Source: Octopus vulgaris
Lineage: Eukaryota
Assembly (NCBI GenBank): GCA_951406725.2
Contig: OX597840.1
Span: 12,648,001 to 12,712,000, forward strand
Direction of reading: 5' to 3'
Length of the DNA: 64,000 bases
Positions within the stretch are counted from its first letter, which is position 1, and every line of letters begins with the position of its first letter. A program made the translations under genes and the position numbers. Under the pieces are notes generated by a model, which searched no databases, was not told the DNA's origin, and saw only the letters and a list, made by a program, of their open reading frames with translations. Shown one piece after another: positions 27,600-39,726 of this stretch.

Positions 27600-28300
27600 C
27601 TATGGTGGATTAAAGATTAGGCAGTGAAGAGGTAGGATAATTTCAGGGTGGATTGATTAAAGACAGAGGGGTAGTTATGGTGGGGAGGAAAGGGGGAATC
27701 AATGATATCAAAAATGTTCCTGGATAAGCTCTTAACATTTAAGGAGAAAGGGGTAGTACTAAAGTAGGGTTCTCCCTCCACTTTTATTGGATAATTTGGG
27801 GTGTGTGGGATCATGTTTCCTAGTTGGTATTAGGGATTTAGTTCTATGTATAGGGTTGAATTTTGCACGGGTATTATAGGGGTGTATGAGAGGTGGCAGA
27901 ATATGCTGCCTTTTACGCTAGTAAAGGGTTGAGTATCCCTCTCAACTGTGAGGGATGTTGCCTCCATTCTTTTAGGGTATGTTGACTTGGAATGTAATGG
28001 AGCTGGGTGGTTCTTAAGCCTAGTGTTAGATAGGAACATTATTTTTGCAAGAAGCCACCAGCTGCAAGCGTTTGAATGTAATAGGTGGCATGGTTATGGA
28101 GTATTACCTCGGTTGTGGATAGACCAGAGATTCTAATCAAAATACCTATGATTACCTTATCTTTCTCCGATGATGGAATATCAACATTTGGAATCTTCGC
28201 TCAACACGATGTTCCAATATTTGGGATGTCCTAGAAACAGATGTCACAGACTATCTAAACCTTTTATTATAAATGTCCTTGTCAAGTCTTGTCAAACTGT
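27600..28300 (-). mobile_element. Penelope-like remnant
   Basis: PFSLNVKS...FPPHHNYPSVFNQSTLKLSY, typical of the RT/GIY-YIG linker of Penelope ORFs. Confidence 0.65.
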
Positions 28301-28538
28301 TTGCATTTTTTTTTCAGAATTAATATATATATGTGTGTGTATGTGTGTGTGCATGTGTGTGTGTGTGTGTGCGCTTGTGTGCATGTGTGTGTGATGTGCT
28401 TTTAGTTTGTCTGGAGCTATAGTAGATGGTATTTGTTCAAAGCGTTGTGCAATGGGATTGAACCTAAATTCACACGATTGGGAAACAACCTTCTAAATCA
28501 GATAGCCATGCCAGCACTTATATATGAATTAGAAAATA

Positions 28539-30585
28539 CTAGCACTATGACCTGGCGTTGCTGGGTCTAGTGCTAGTTTTATGAACAAAACTTACGGTCA
28601 GTAACAGAAACCGAGCCACGAAGCATAACTGTGAAAAGCGTTTTTTGAGTCTGGGCGGCAAAGCATGCATCCTCACGTTTAATTAGTGCATTGAATCTTA
28701 TTGGATAATGATCTAGTACACGCAAATCCAAGGCCGTGCGTCCAAGGTCAAACGTTTATGTATGTCCCTCAGCAGCATTGGCCAGTACACACACGCATGC
28801 ATACACGCACATGTTGAAGATCATACACAGTGGCATGCTCACGCACATACACGCACAGGATGACTAAGTGTCTACTTGGGAAAACGCTTTTTGTGGTGTT
28901 TGATGTACGGGCTAATTAATTAGTGGAAAGTCGATTAAAGTTAGAAAAACATTGGGCATTTGTGAAGTGGGAAAACCCAATCAATTTGCAGGAGCAAACA
29001 AAGAGCTTATTATGTGGAAGTTAAGGCTAAAAAAATCGGTTGTAATTCAATTTGAATGGGAAGCCCGTAAGGGATTGTTAGGGGTAAACTCTAATCAAAT
29101 TAAAATTTCACGCACCATGAGTAACAACTTGAGCATCCTCGTCACCTGCGTTTTAGATAGCGAACGATTTGATCTCAGGCTGAATGCGAACTCAACAAAC
29201 GATGGTTATGTGTATTTTCAAAATCATGCTGTGGTGCGGTCAAATTCGAATTTTCCCGCTTTCTCCTTCCTCCCTCTTTTGTCCGACTATGACATGTGCA
29301 CAGTCCTGCTAACTGAAAGCTTCATATCATGTGCTTGTTGTTCGTTTCCGGTGTTTCAATAAAAAAGTTCTTACTTAATCAAGTTTGTGCAGAAACACTG
29401 TATGAATCACAAGTTCTAGCCTTGAATTGTCTTAGGTAACGGTGTGCTTCTGTTTGGTTAGCTATAAAATGGGGTAAGAACAAAACTCAGGCTTTTTACA
29501 GATAAAGATTGCTTCATTTTGTGCAAAATCCCTTTCTTTGTTTTCAGAAATTGTGTTTGTCTTTCCATCGCATATGTTTTTTAATGCATTTGACTGAGCC
29601 TGAGCCTCTGCAGATGAAATTTCGCTTAAGAAAATCTTTGTATCTTAGGTCATTCGTACCCCAAGTTAGGGCTAAAAGAAAAGGTTGCAGTCTATTTAAA
29701 TGCAGAAACCCGCAAGGAATAGTTTTATTAAGTTTTCACTGATTGATTGGCAATTTTGGTAAACTCGAATCAAATTAAGATTTCTTGCACCAAAAGGATC
29801 ACCCTGATAACCCTATGCCCCTGCTGTGTAGGTAGCAAATGATTTGATCTTAGGCTGATTGCAAACAAATAAACGATTTTTATGAAAATCCCTTGGGGGG
29901 GTCAACTTACCCATTTTTCATTTTTAATCCAACTCGAATAAAACATCCTGGACTCTCGCTGGATACCTTAAATCAACTGAAAGCATAAAAGTAAATCCCT
30001 TCCTAAACAGATTCATTGAATAGGCTCCAACTCTTTTATGGCATACTTAAGAAATGACAGCATATCAAGTATATTTGGTCTTTCATGAAAATCCCACTCT
30101 CTTGTCATTCACTTGGTCTAACTCGTTAATTATTCCCTGCATTTTTCGAATCAAAAGAGCGTGCACGTTTGAAAGCCAAAACACATCATAATGCGTTTTT
30201 GTAAAACACAAAAATGCACTGAGTCATACAGACTGTCTGCAAATGCGCATGCACATTCAACTGTTAAGGGTAAAATTATATCCGTCCAATCAAAAAACAG
30301 CTGGCAGTCTATTGGCGTTTCTAGCTGTACGCACGCACAGCGTACGAATTTCTATGTTTTAGCGATTTTGAATGGATATGCCCCTAACTTATGGGCATAA
30401 GAGGTCGGTTTATCAATCTTTTTAATGGCTTTTTGGGGTGACTGGGGAAATGAAAAGATCTTCACGACCACCCACAGACAGATTTGAAAGCCCAAAGAAA
30501 ATGCGAGCCTGTTACGTGAAAAACTGTGGTTTTGTATAAAGGACACACAAATACACAGACATTTTGCCATTTATAAATATAGAGA
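28539..30585 (-). mobile_element. Non-autonomous Helitron
   Basis: On the minus strand begins A|TCTCTATATTTATAAA and ends with hairpin CCCAGCAACGCCAGG...CTAG|T. No TSD. Absent upstream of A1 and A2. Confidence 0.75.
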
Positions 30586-30757
30586 TTTTGTATACATTTC
30601 ATATATATCTTTAACCAAACAACTGTAATTTGGGCCCAGAATTGAGTTACTCATCCAGAATCAGTCGTTTGCAATTTGTGATAAGATTTATTTTATATTT
30701 TTAACTTCCTTTTCCAAGTTATATATATATATATGTACGTATGTATATATATATATT

Positions 30758-30829
<72 letters not shown>

Positions 30830-30853
30830 TACGTACGTATATATATATATATT

Positions 30854-30886
<33 letters not shown>

Positions 30887-30919
30887 ACGTATGTATATAT
30901 ATATATATTTATATATATA

Positions 30920-31314
30920 CTAGCAGTATCGCCCGGCGTTGCTCGGGTTTGTAAGGGAAATTATTATATAAGCATTTTTAGAGATGTAAAGTATAATAGC
31001 CATCTCAATATGGCTAACCACAAAGGGGGAGGGGTGTTACTGTAGCTTTTTACGTTCTGAGATTTTATAATAAATTTTAGAGAGTTACTTCCCTTATATA
31101 TGTCAAAAATGAATTAAAAATGGGAAAAATTGATGGTAAATTTTTTTTTAAATCGTAGACTCATCGTAGACCCGCGCTAATACCCAGACGGTCTCGATAT
31201 GAATCACGACTATAAGATACCCGGTTTTGGTTAAACTGCACCGCAAAATGTGGGAGTAGTTAGGAATCTAAATCGTAGGAGACAGACACACAACCTCACT
31301 TTTATATATAAAGA
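30920..31314 (-). mobile_element. Short non-autonomous Helitron
   Basis: A|TCTTTATATATAAAA 5' end, CCCGAGCAACGCCGGG hairpin and CTAG|T 3' end. Confidence 0.75.
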
Positions 31315-31477
31315 TTTCCTCTATTTACATAATATTGAGGTCTCTTTCTTTCTTTTGTTATCTTACTGTTTTTACCAATATACATATATATATATATATA
31401 TAAATATATATATAGTTACAGAGATGTACTTGCATAGCAAGTGACTTGATCTGAGATCGTGTGCTGGAACGAAAACA

Positions 31478-31738
31478 GTTGCAGCGTTGAAGGTGTTTAT
31501 AAGCCATTTAAGAAACACACAAAAACCGTTAGATTCACTTCAACATTTAAATTTAATTTGTCAAAATATTTTCGTCGCTTTGAGACCGCGACCTGTAAGC
31601 ACGATATTTTTGTCAGTGAACAGGTCGCGGTCTCAAAGCGACGAAAATATTTTGGCAAATTAAATTTAAATGTTGAAGTGAATGTAACGGTTTTTGTGTG
31701 TTTCTTAAATGGCTTACAAACACCTTCCACGCTGCAAT
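31478..31738. repeat. Long inverted repeat (~118-bp arms, 23-bp spacer), probable Penelope inverted pseudo-LTR
   Basis: 31478-31596 is the near-perfect reverse complement of 31620-31738, and the ORFs on both strands mirror each other. Confidence 0.9.
31609..31659 (+). ncRNA. Candidate minimal type I hammerhead ribozyme with G3:C8 core variant
   Basis: TTTGTCA-GTGAACA-G-GTCGC-ggtctcaaa-GCGAC-GAAA-ATAT-T-T-TGGCAAA: stem I, variant core, stem II, GAAA and a palindromic tetraloop. Confidence 0.55.
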
Positions 31739-32094
31739 ATATATATACACACATATATATATATGTATGTATGTATGTATATGTGTATGCATGTATGTGT
31801 GTGTGTGTGCGTGTCTGTGCTTGTGATTGTCCTCCACCACTGCTTGACAACGAATGTTGGTTTGTTTACATCCCTGTCACCTAGTGGTTTGACAAAGGAA
31901 ACAGATAGAATAAGTACAATGCTTACAAAAATAAAACTGGAGTTGATTCATTAAACTACAATTCTTCAAGGCATTGCCCCAGCATGGCCACAGACCAATG
32001 GCTGGAAAAAGCAGAAGAATAAAAGAATACATTCTCTGCTTTGGTCTTATGTTCAAGGCATGAGAAAGCTTGAGTTTACATGAGAAGGCCTAAC

Positions 32095-32360
32095 AGACCT
32101 GGTAGAAACAGCAGCCAAATCTCCCTCAAATCACACCTTACTGTCTTATGTATGTATATATATATGAGCCAATGAGGGGGACCTCTACATGGTAGCTAGA
32201 CCTGGTAGAAATAGCAGCCAAATTTCCCCCAAATCACACCTTACTGTCTTATCTATGTATATATGTATGTATGAGCCAATGAGGGAGACCCCTACATGGC
32301 AGCTAGACATGGTAGAAATAGCAGCCAAATCTCCCTCAAATCACACCTTACTGTCTTATC
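32095..32360 (+). repeat. Tandem repeat, ~105-bp unit x ~2.5
   Basis: GGTAGAAATAGCAGCCAAATCTCCCTCAAATCACACCTTACTGTCTTAT occurs three times with minor variants. Confidence 0.85.
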
Positions 32361-32891
32361 TTTCTGCTACTTGGATATAGGTCTTATATTCGTCGTAAAA
32401 AACTTTCCTGTCACACACTCACGCACACGCACACACACACACACGCACACACACACACGCACCCTCACACACAAACACACGCGCACACACACACACACAC
32501 ACTGACACACACGCACGTTAGCTTACAATTTTATTTATATAATTGCGTGTCTATGTGTGGAAAGAGGAAGTGGGAGGCAGAGTGAAAGAATCACTCACTA
32601 CAGTAAGTGAATTACTTTCATCTTATTCGTTGCCCACTGTGTGTGTGCGTTTGCGTGTGGTGTAAACCAGACTAAGAAAAGCATTTGACACACACACCAG
32701 AATGTGAGTTTTCTGTAAATTTTGCTTAATTGGAGTTTAAATTTTAAAAACTGGACCTTGCATGACGCGATGCATTGTACTCTTAAAAATGCTAGGTAAC
32801 TTGTAATTGAAGAAATCCTATATTGTAGATGTCTATAACTCCCAAAGGGAGGCAGATAAAATCTGCCTTTTATAATAAGAGATAAATATGT

Positions 32892-32923
<32 letters not shown>

Positions 32924-33834
32924 GATGTGCTTTTAGTTTGTCTGGAGCTACAGTAGATGGTATTTGTCCAAAACGTTGTGCAGTGGTACTGAACCTAAAA
33001 CCACACGATTGGGAAACAACCTTCTAAATTAAATAGCCATGCCAGCACTTATATATGAGTTACTCATCCAAAATCAGTCGTTAGCAATTTGTGATAAGAT
33101 TTATTTTATATTTTTAACTTCCTGGGTTTGAGATTAGAAGCAATTCCCATGGCCATTGCAGACCTTTCTCAATTGCTGTGATTCAAAACTGATGGCAAAA
33201 TGTTATCTGAAATTTCATCCAACCAAAATAGTTTAACTTTCCTCCTCAAACATTTTTAATTTCATTAAACACCAACAGTCAAATCCAACACAATTCCACG
33301 TTCCATAAACAACAATATTAAGAAAACAGACATTTATATTTCTATATTTTAGCCAAGATTCATGCTATGTATGTTCCTCTTGAAGTCACAATGTTTTAGG
33401 AAAAGATAGGACCAGGAAGAGAATTCCAGAGAATCAAAACTCTTACAAGGAAGAATTGTTTGCTTTAAAACTTTTATACGATATCACATGAACAAATGTA
33501 CGGTTCACCACATTTCTGAAATAACATTGAATATAATTAATTAAATGTATGTACGCAGTTTCTTTATAGAAATCTTCCTGGTTGTGTAAAGAAGAAAAGA
33601 TATAGGTCAGAAAATAGAACATGAAATCCAATAAAAACTAATACTTGTCTTTTCTACATTTTACCATTAGCGTGAAATTTCATTCAATTGATACAGTTTA
33701 ACTTTCTTCCTTGTACATTTTTACTTGCATTAAACAACCAGCAGTTAAATTGAACACAAGTTCACGTTCCATCAACAACAATATCAACAAAACATTTACA
33801 TTTTTATAGTTTAGCCAGGAACCTTTTATCTAAC

Positions 33835-33957
33835 ATGGCTGATGTAGTTCATCCTGTCGTCATTGATAATGGATCACATACATGTAAAGTTGGTTTTGGA
33901 GGTGATCATGAACCAAGAATTGCCATTTCTTCAGATGCTGATTATCCCAGAGATCAG
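33835..33957 (+). CDS. Divergent actin-like gene B, coding exon 1 (41 codons)
   Basis: ATG at 33835 reads MADVVHPVVIDNGSHTCKVGFGGDHEPRIAISSDADYPRDQ, then CAG|GTACGT donor. Confidence 0.92.
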
Positions 33958-34149
33958 GTACGTTGACTATATTTATATGTAACTTTAAATACTCTCACAC
34001 ACACACACACACACACATCACCATCATAATGATCCTTGTTTTTTAATGTCCACTTTTCCATGTTTGCATGGGCCAGGTGGAATTCTTCATGAAAGATATT
34101 CTATGCTGATACCTTTTATATCAGGCTATCCTTCACCTTTTTCCAAATA

Positions 34150-34650
34150 TCATACAGCGGCTGCCCAAATATGAACATAATTCTTGAAAATCACCCAAGA
34201 TACCACTCCCAGTTGTAACTGCCAAGACCCTGAAGCCTGCCCCCTTGACCAGACATGTACGATAAACACCGTCATATATGAGGCTGAAGTTAGAGCTATG
34301 ATCCAAGATAAATCTGTCGAAAAAAGAATTACGTTGGTTTATGTGAGGGTTAATTCAAGAGACAATTATGCAAACCACCTATTTTCTTTCTGGCACATCG
34401 ATAAAAGCAATGCAAGTTCGCTAGCCATGTACGGAATTTGAGGAGCAGCTCCACACCACATACAATTAAGTAGAGAATTGTGGAGAAATTCAAGCCATAC
34501 ATTAATGGATCTAAGAAATGCAGCTTGTGCATAGCAGAAAAGTCTCGTATTCTTCTCAAATCCAGATCTGCTTAATTCCACACCTGGAATTTTGAGCAGG
34601 TGTAGACACAGACAGATTTCTTCTATCGAATTGGAGGGCACCACTCACTC
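34150..34650 (+). mobile_element. Penelope GIY-YIG remnant in intron 1 of B
   Basis: CNCQDPEACPLDQTCTINTVIYEAEV...YANHLFSF matches the Cys-rich plus GIY-YIG region of Penelope ORFs. Confidence 0.8.
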
Positions 34651-36762
34651 TGGATTGAGTTGTCTCACAGACTTTGACATATTTTCTGTTATTTTTCTTA
34701 AACAGTTATAATTAATGAGATTTCTGCAATCAGGAGGATGGAGATGAGGATTTGGGTCCCTTAGTTTCATTTCTTTTTTCATGTTTTTTCCACATTTTTT
34801 TCCTTTATTTTAATACATATATAATGCATTAGCAGAACCTGGAAGATTGCTTTAAGATACATTGTGTATTTTATAAATATGCCTGTTCAAGTATCATAAA
34901 AGCATTAAAATATTAGGAGCTCTTTCGGTTGTTTATCAAATTTATACCTACACACACACACACAAATAAGTGAATATTGTTGGATATGTTCCTAGTAGTA
35001 TGCCGATGAAACATGTTCACTGCTTATGGCTACCTGATGTCATCAACAGTATTTACATAATTGTCGCTGGATCTACCTCAGAAATTCCCCAGTGTTCGTT
35101 GAGTATATAACAACACATAGAGATGGAAAATGGAATATACTAGAAATCTTATTGCTCACAACGATCATTTTGACCCATCCTACATCGATCTGTTGTGGGT
35201 GGAATACTGTACAACAGGTTGTGGCGTATCCCCTGGTATAGAAGTATCTCTCTAGGTTATGTTATAAGGGGTATCTCATTCAATAAACCCTGTTTTGCTC
35301 AGTTTTAATATAGTATGTTTTTAGTGACCATAGGTTTAAGTTGTTGGACACGAATGGCTTGGGACAAATTCCATTGTGATGTTATATATATATATATAAG
35401 GATAAGCACTTTAAAAGGGATATGAAGCTGTGAAAACATCTATGACAGAACTCATCAAGTGCCATAACAAATGGGGCCACAATTCCTGCTGTCTTTTTGT
35501 GCTAAATATGTCTGTCAGTGGCTTTACTTTTGTTGATATGCCAGAAGAAGATGGGTGGTTTACATAACATCTTTTGAAATTGTTTTCCCAGAAACTAACA
35601 TAATTGTTCTTTCCAGTTTGGTTATCTTGAAGAGATGTGGTAACTTCTACCTCATAATCAGCAGTGTTTATCATACATACCTAATGAAGTGGGCAAGCTT
35701 TAGGCTCTCAACAGTTACATCTTGATGATGCTTATGTGTAATAATGTTCTTCATATTGGGGCAGCAGCTTTGTAGGTGAAACACGTATGTCAGGGATTAG
35801 CAAATTGCATTGATACAGTGGGACAGGTGATGTGGGTGGAACACACAGTTCGGGGGCTAGCGGAGAGCAATGATACAGTGGGACAGGATTGGGGAGTGGG
35901 AGGTAAGCGTAGTGCATGAAGTGGAAATGAAGAGAAGAAATGTAGAGATGTAGTTTAGTATGTTGTAGTAGGGTGTGTGAGATGTTTACTTGTTAAGTGT
36001 GCGTGGGACACACAGCGCTTCTAGAACTCAGTTTGCTGACGTGGGTGGGTCTTCTCAAGAAGCTCATATCATCAGACATCTCAGTCCATTGTCATTTCCT
36101 CCATGAGGTCCAACGTCCTGAGATCGGTCCTTACCCCCTTCATCCCACGTCTTTCCGGGTCTCCCTCTTCTGCAGATACCATCCACTTTCAGTGATCACC
36201 ACTTCTTTATGCAGCTGGCCTCATTCATACACATCACATCTCCAAACCAACGGAGTCTTCTCTCTTGCATGCTACATTTGATTCCTCTTATGCCCAACTT
36301 TTCTCTCAATACATTTGCACTTTGTCGTACATGTGCACTGATGTTGCACATCCAACAGAGCATACTACCTTCATTTCTTTCCAGTCTATGCACATCTTCT
36401 GCATTGAGAGCCCATCTCTCACTTCCAAGGAGTATAGGCCATTCACACACAAGCATCATACAGTCTACTTTTCACTCTGAGTGAGACTCCTTTTATTGCT
36501 GTTAAATACTCCTAATAACTATTTTGTGATGGAATGTTCTGAATAGAGTTCCAATTACTCAAGAAATAAGGAAAACACATTTCATCCTTACTTCAAACTT
36601 TAACAGAAAGATATCAAAGGATTAATCATGGGATATTATAGTATTTAATATGGGATATTGTAGGATTAGTTATCAGAATTCCAGAATTCATGTAATTCTT
36701 TCTATAATTCTTAACATTTCAACAATTTTATCAACCCAAGTTTCAAGAATTCTTATCATTAA

Positions 36763-37455
36763 CTAACTGAGGTATCCAGTAAAAATTACCATTAATTAGA
36801 TGTCTGTTTATAGCCATGAAGCATTTTTCCTCAAATTTCGACATTTTTCAAAAATTTAAAGTGTATATTAATGGGTTGGACCAATTTGACAGTTAAATGA
36901 GCAGTGTCTGGTAGTGAACCTGTGTTGTTGTCATTGTTGTGCATGTGCATAAAATGGCCAAATTTTACACTTTGGGGCAGATTTCATCAAATTGATGTTA
37001 TGACAGCTAGTGTAAAAAATGCCTAAATTTTTGCTCAAGAAATAAAATGGTCTCACTTAATCAAAACCTGAAACACTGGGGAATTAAAACAATGAATTGA
37101 AATAAGTTTTAGCAAATCAAAACAATTCGCATTGAAATGAAGAATTAGCAAATGCTAAACAGATTGCTGTTAATAAGATGTCTGTTTATACCCATGAAAT
37201 ATTTTTCGTCAAACTTCAGCATTTTTCAAAAAATTGATGTAACGATGGCTAATGCAAAAATAGCTGAAATTTTATGACTTTTGAAAAATTGATGCTGATT
37301 AAAATTCAATTTTTTAAAAATTCCAAGTGTGTAAGTGACCGCATGAACATAAGCCCTACACATATGTCAAGTTTCATCAAGATCTGTTGGAGAGTATCAG
37401 AGAAATTAAAGTAACAAATTCACAAGCACACAAACTTTCCATTTATTATTATAGA
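36763..37455 (-). mobile_element. Probable Helitron-like insertion near the B acceptor
   Basis: Present only in B. Has a minus-strand A|TCTATAATAATAAA 5' end and internal direct repeats, but the 3' terminus is not canonical. Confidence 0.45.
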
Positions 37456-37491
37456 TTCTTACTGAATTCCAGAATTCTTTTTGTATTTCAG

Positions 37492-38478
37492 AGTGAAATG
37501 ATTGGAAATGAACTCAAAGACTACAATGTTATAAATAAATTTGGATACAATACAAGTGTTCTTAACTTGAAGCATCCTATTGAACGTGGTGTCATTACCA
37601 ACTGGGATGATATGGAGAAGATTTGGTTGCATGCATTCAAAGAGTTGAAAGTTGCACCTGCAGAAAGCTCTGTCTTGTTGACTGAGGCTGTTTTTAACCC
37701 CAAGGACAACAGAGAAAAGATGGCCGAAATTATGTTTGAAAAGTTTAACACTCATGCATTATGTATTGCTGATCAGGCTTCACTGTTCCTTTATGCTTCT
37801 GGTCGTAACACAGGTATGTCTGTGAATGTAGGTCATGGCATCACCCAAATTGTCCCTGTCTATAAAGGGTCAGTTATACGAGAAGCTGCTGTCCAGTGGG
37901 ATTTTGGTGGTGTGGACATGACAGATTACCTTACGAGTATGTTCACTGAACGTGGTTATTCCTTTGACAGTCCTTCTCAGACAGAAACTGTCCGTAACAT
38001 CAAAGAGAAGTGTTGTTATGTTGCTCTAGACTTTGAACAGGAAATGCAGACTGCAGCCTCTGAGAAATATAAATTACCTGACAAGCAAGTCATTACCATT
38101 GGCAATGAACGATTCCAAACCCCGGAACTTCTGTTCCATCCAAGTTTAATTCATGAAGGATCTGAGGGTATTCATGTAAGAATTCGTGATTCAATCATCA
38201 AATGTAATACGTGGACTAAAATGCCCCAATTTCAGAAAATTGTATTGTCCGGTGGTTCGACAACATTCAGAGGCTTTGCCCAGCGCCTAAGAAAAGAAAT
38301 GAGTTCCATTCTGGCACCTACAACGATATTTAAGATTATTGATCATGCAGAACTTAAATACGCTACATGGCTTGGTGGTGCTGTATTGGCTAGTTTGTCT
38401 ATCTTTAAAGATTGGTGTATTAGCAGAGAAGAATATAATGAACATGGCTCAAATATTCTCGATAAAAAATATATGTAA
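37492..38478 (+). CDS. Divergent actin-like gene B, coding exon 2
   Basis: Acceptor TTTTGTATTTCAG|AGT. 987 nt open frame within ORF 37387..38478, same length as in A1 and A2. Confidence 0.95.
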   Translation, partial: SEMIGNELKDYNVINKFGYNTSVLNLKHPIERGVITNWDDMEKIWLHAFKELKVAPAESSVLLTEAVFNPKDNREKMAEIMFEKFNTHALCIADQASLFLYASGRNTGMSVNVGHGITQIVPVYKGSVIREAAVQWDFGGVDMTDYLTSMFTERGYSFDSPSQTETVRNIKEKCCYVALDFEQEMQTAASEKYKLPDKQVITIGNERFQTPELLFHPSLIHEGSEGIHVRIRDSIIKCNTWTKMPQFQKIVLSGGSTTFRGFAQRLRKEMSSILAPTTIFKIIDHAELKYATWLGGAVLASLSIFKDWCISREEYNEHGSNILDKKYM

Positions 38479-39125
38479 TATGTATGTGTCATTGACATAT
38501 ATATATATATATATATATATGATATAATATAATATAAATCCAGTTCTGTGTGTTTGTGTGTGTGTGTGTGTGGATGTGCGTAAAAGATTATAACGGCTGT
38601 ATTGTTCAACTGATTTTACTCCAAAGTGGGAACAGATATTACTTATGTTCCAGGGATGGACCAAGATTCCAAGCACTTCCAAATACAAAATTAGACAATA
38701 CAACGCTGCACTAAAGATAATATCATTTGGAGTCACAAAAAATTTAACTGAGTCAGGATTCATGCAATCTTTCAGGATCCAAAGTCAGATTTATCATCGG
38801 ATTGCCTATCTACTACCTCTGTCCAATGAATCACCAAAATCAGCCTTTCATTGTTTATAATCTGTACATGTTCTTTGGTTACGAAATAAGCTACCAAAAA
38901 CATATTTTTTAATTATGTGTAGTTACTTTATATACATATATGAGCTGAAGACTTTCTTTTAACATTTCACTTAACGTCTGTGTTCCATGCTGGCATGGGT
39001 TGGAGAGCTGTTAATTTTGAAAGTTGTAATTGCAGCTACCAGCAGTTGAGAACTACGAAATCTAGCCAGCAATTTTAAATTTCATTATTCTCTTTAACCC
39101 AGGCAATGCTGTGTATTTCTGCTTG

Positions 39126-39197
<72 letters not shown>

Positions 39198-39436
39198 CAT
39201 ATACATATACATATATATATGCATATGTATATATATGTATAAATATATATATATTAAATTAGAGATAAAACCATTATTAGGCAAATCAAACAGTGAAAAA
39301 CATAAACCAATACATAGAAATAAAATTAATTAATATAATATAAAAAATATATAAAATATAAAATTTAAAGTTTAAATTATTTAAATTTATAGTTAAAATT
39401 TAAAAAAATATTTAAATTATTGATTTATACTTATAA

Positions 39437-39524
<88 letters not shown>

Positions 39525-39623
39525 ATATTTTTAATATTATTATTATTTTATTATAATTTTAATTTTTTTAAATATAAATATAACTATCAAAAAGTATTAA
39601 ATAGTTTAATATAAGTAAAGAGT

Positions 39624-39726
39624 AAAACCACTACGATCGTTTCATGCCCATAACCTAATTCGAAAAACAATAATTTGAATTCAATTAATAATTCGAATTA
39701 TGATTATAGTCAATCTTCAGGTTAAT
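39624..39726 (-). ncRNA. Duplicate of the candidate hammerhead at 14783-14884
   Basis: CTGAAGA...CATGAAACGATCGTA retained on the minus strand. Confidence 0.5.

Noticed and set aside
31459-31884. Mirror-image ORFs on both strands as a protein gene
   Set aside because: Artefact of the inverted repeat plus adjacent microsatellite.
37387-37491. 35-aa N-terminal extension of the 363-aa ORF as a single-exon gene
   Set aside because: It starts at TTG in intron/TE sequence and lacks the DNG P-loop. A proper acceptor at 37491 and exon 1 at 33835 explain the gene.
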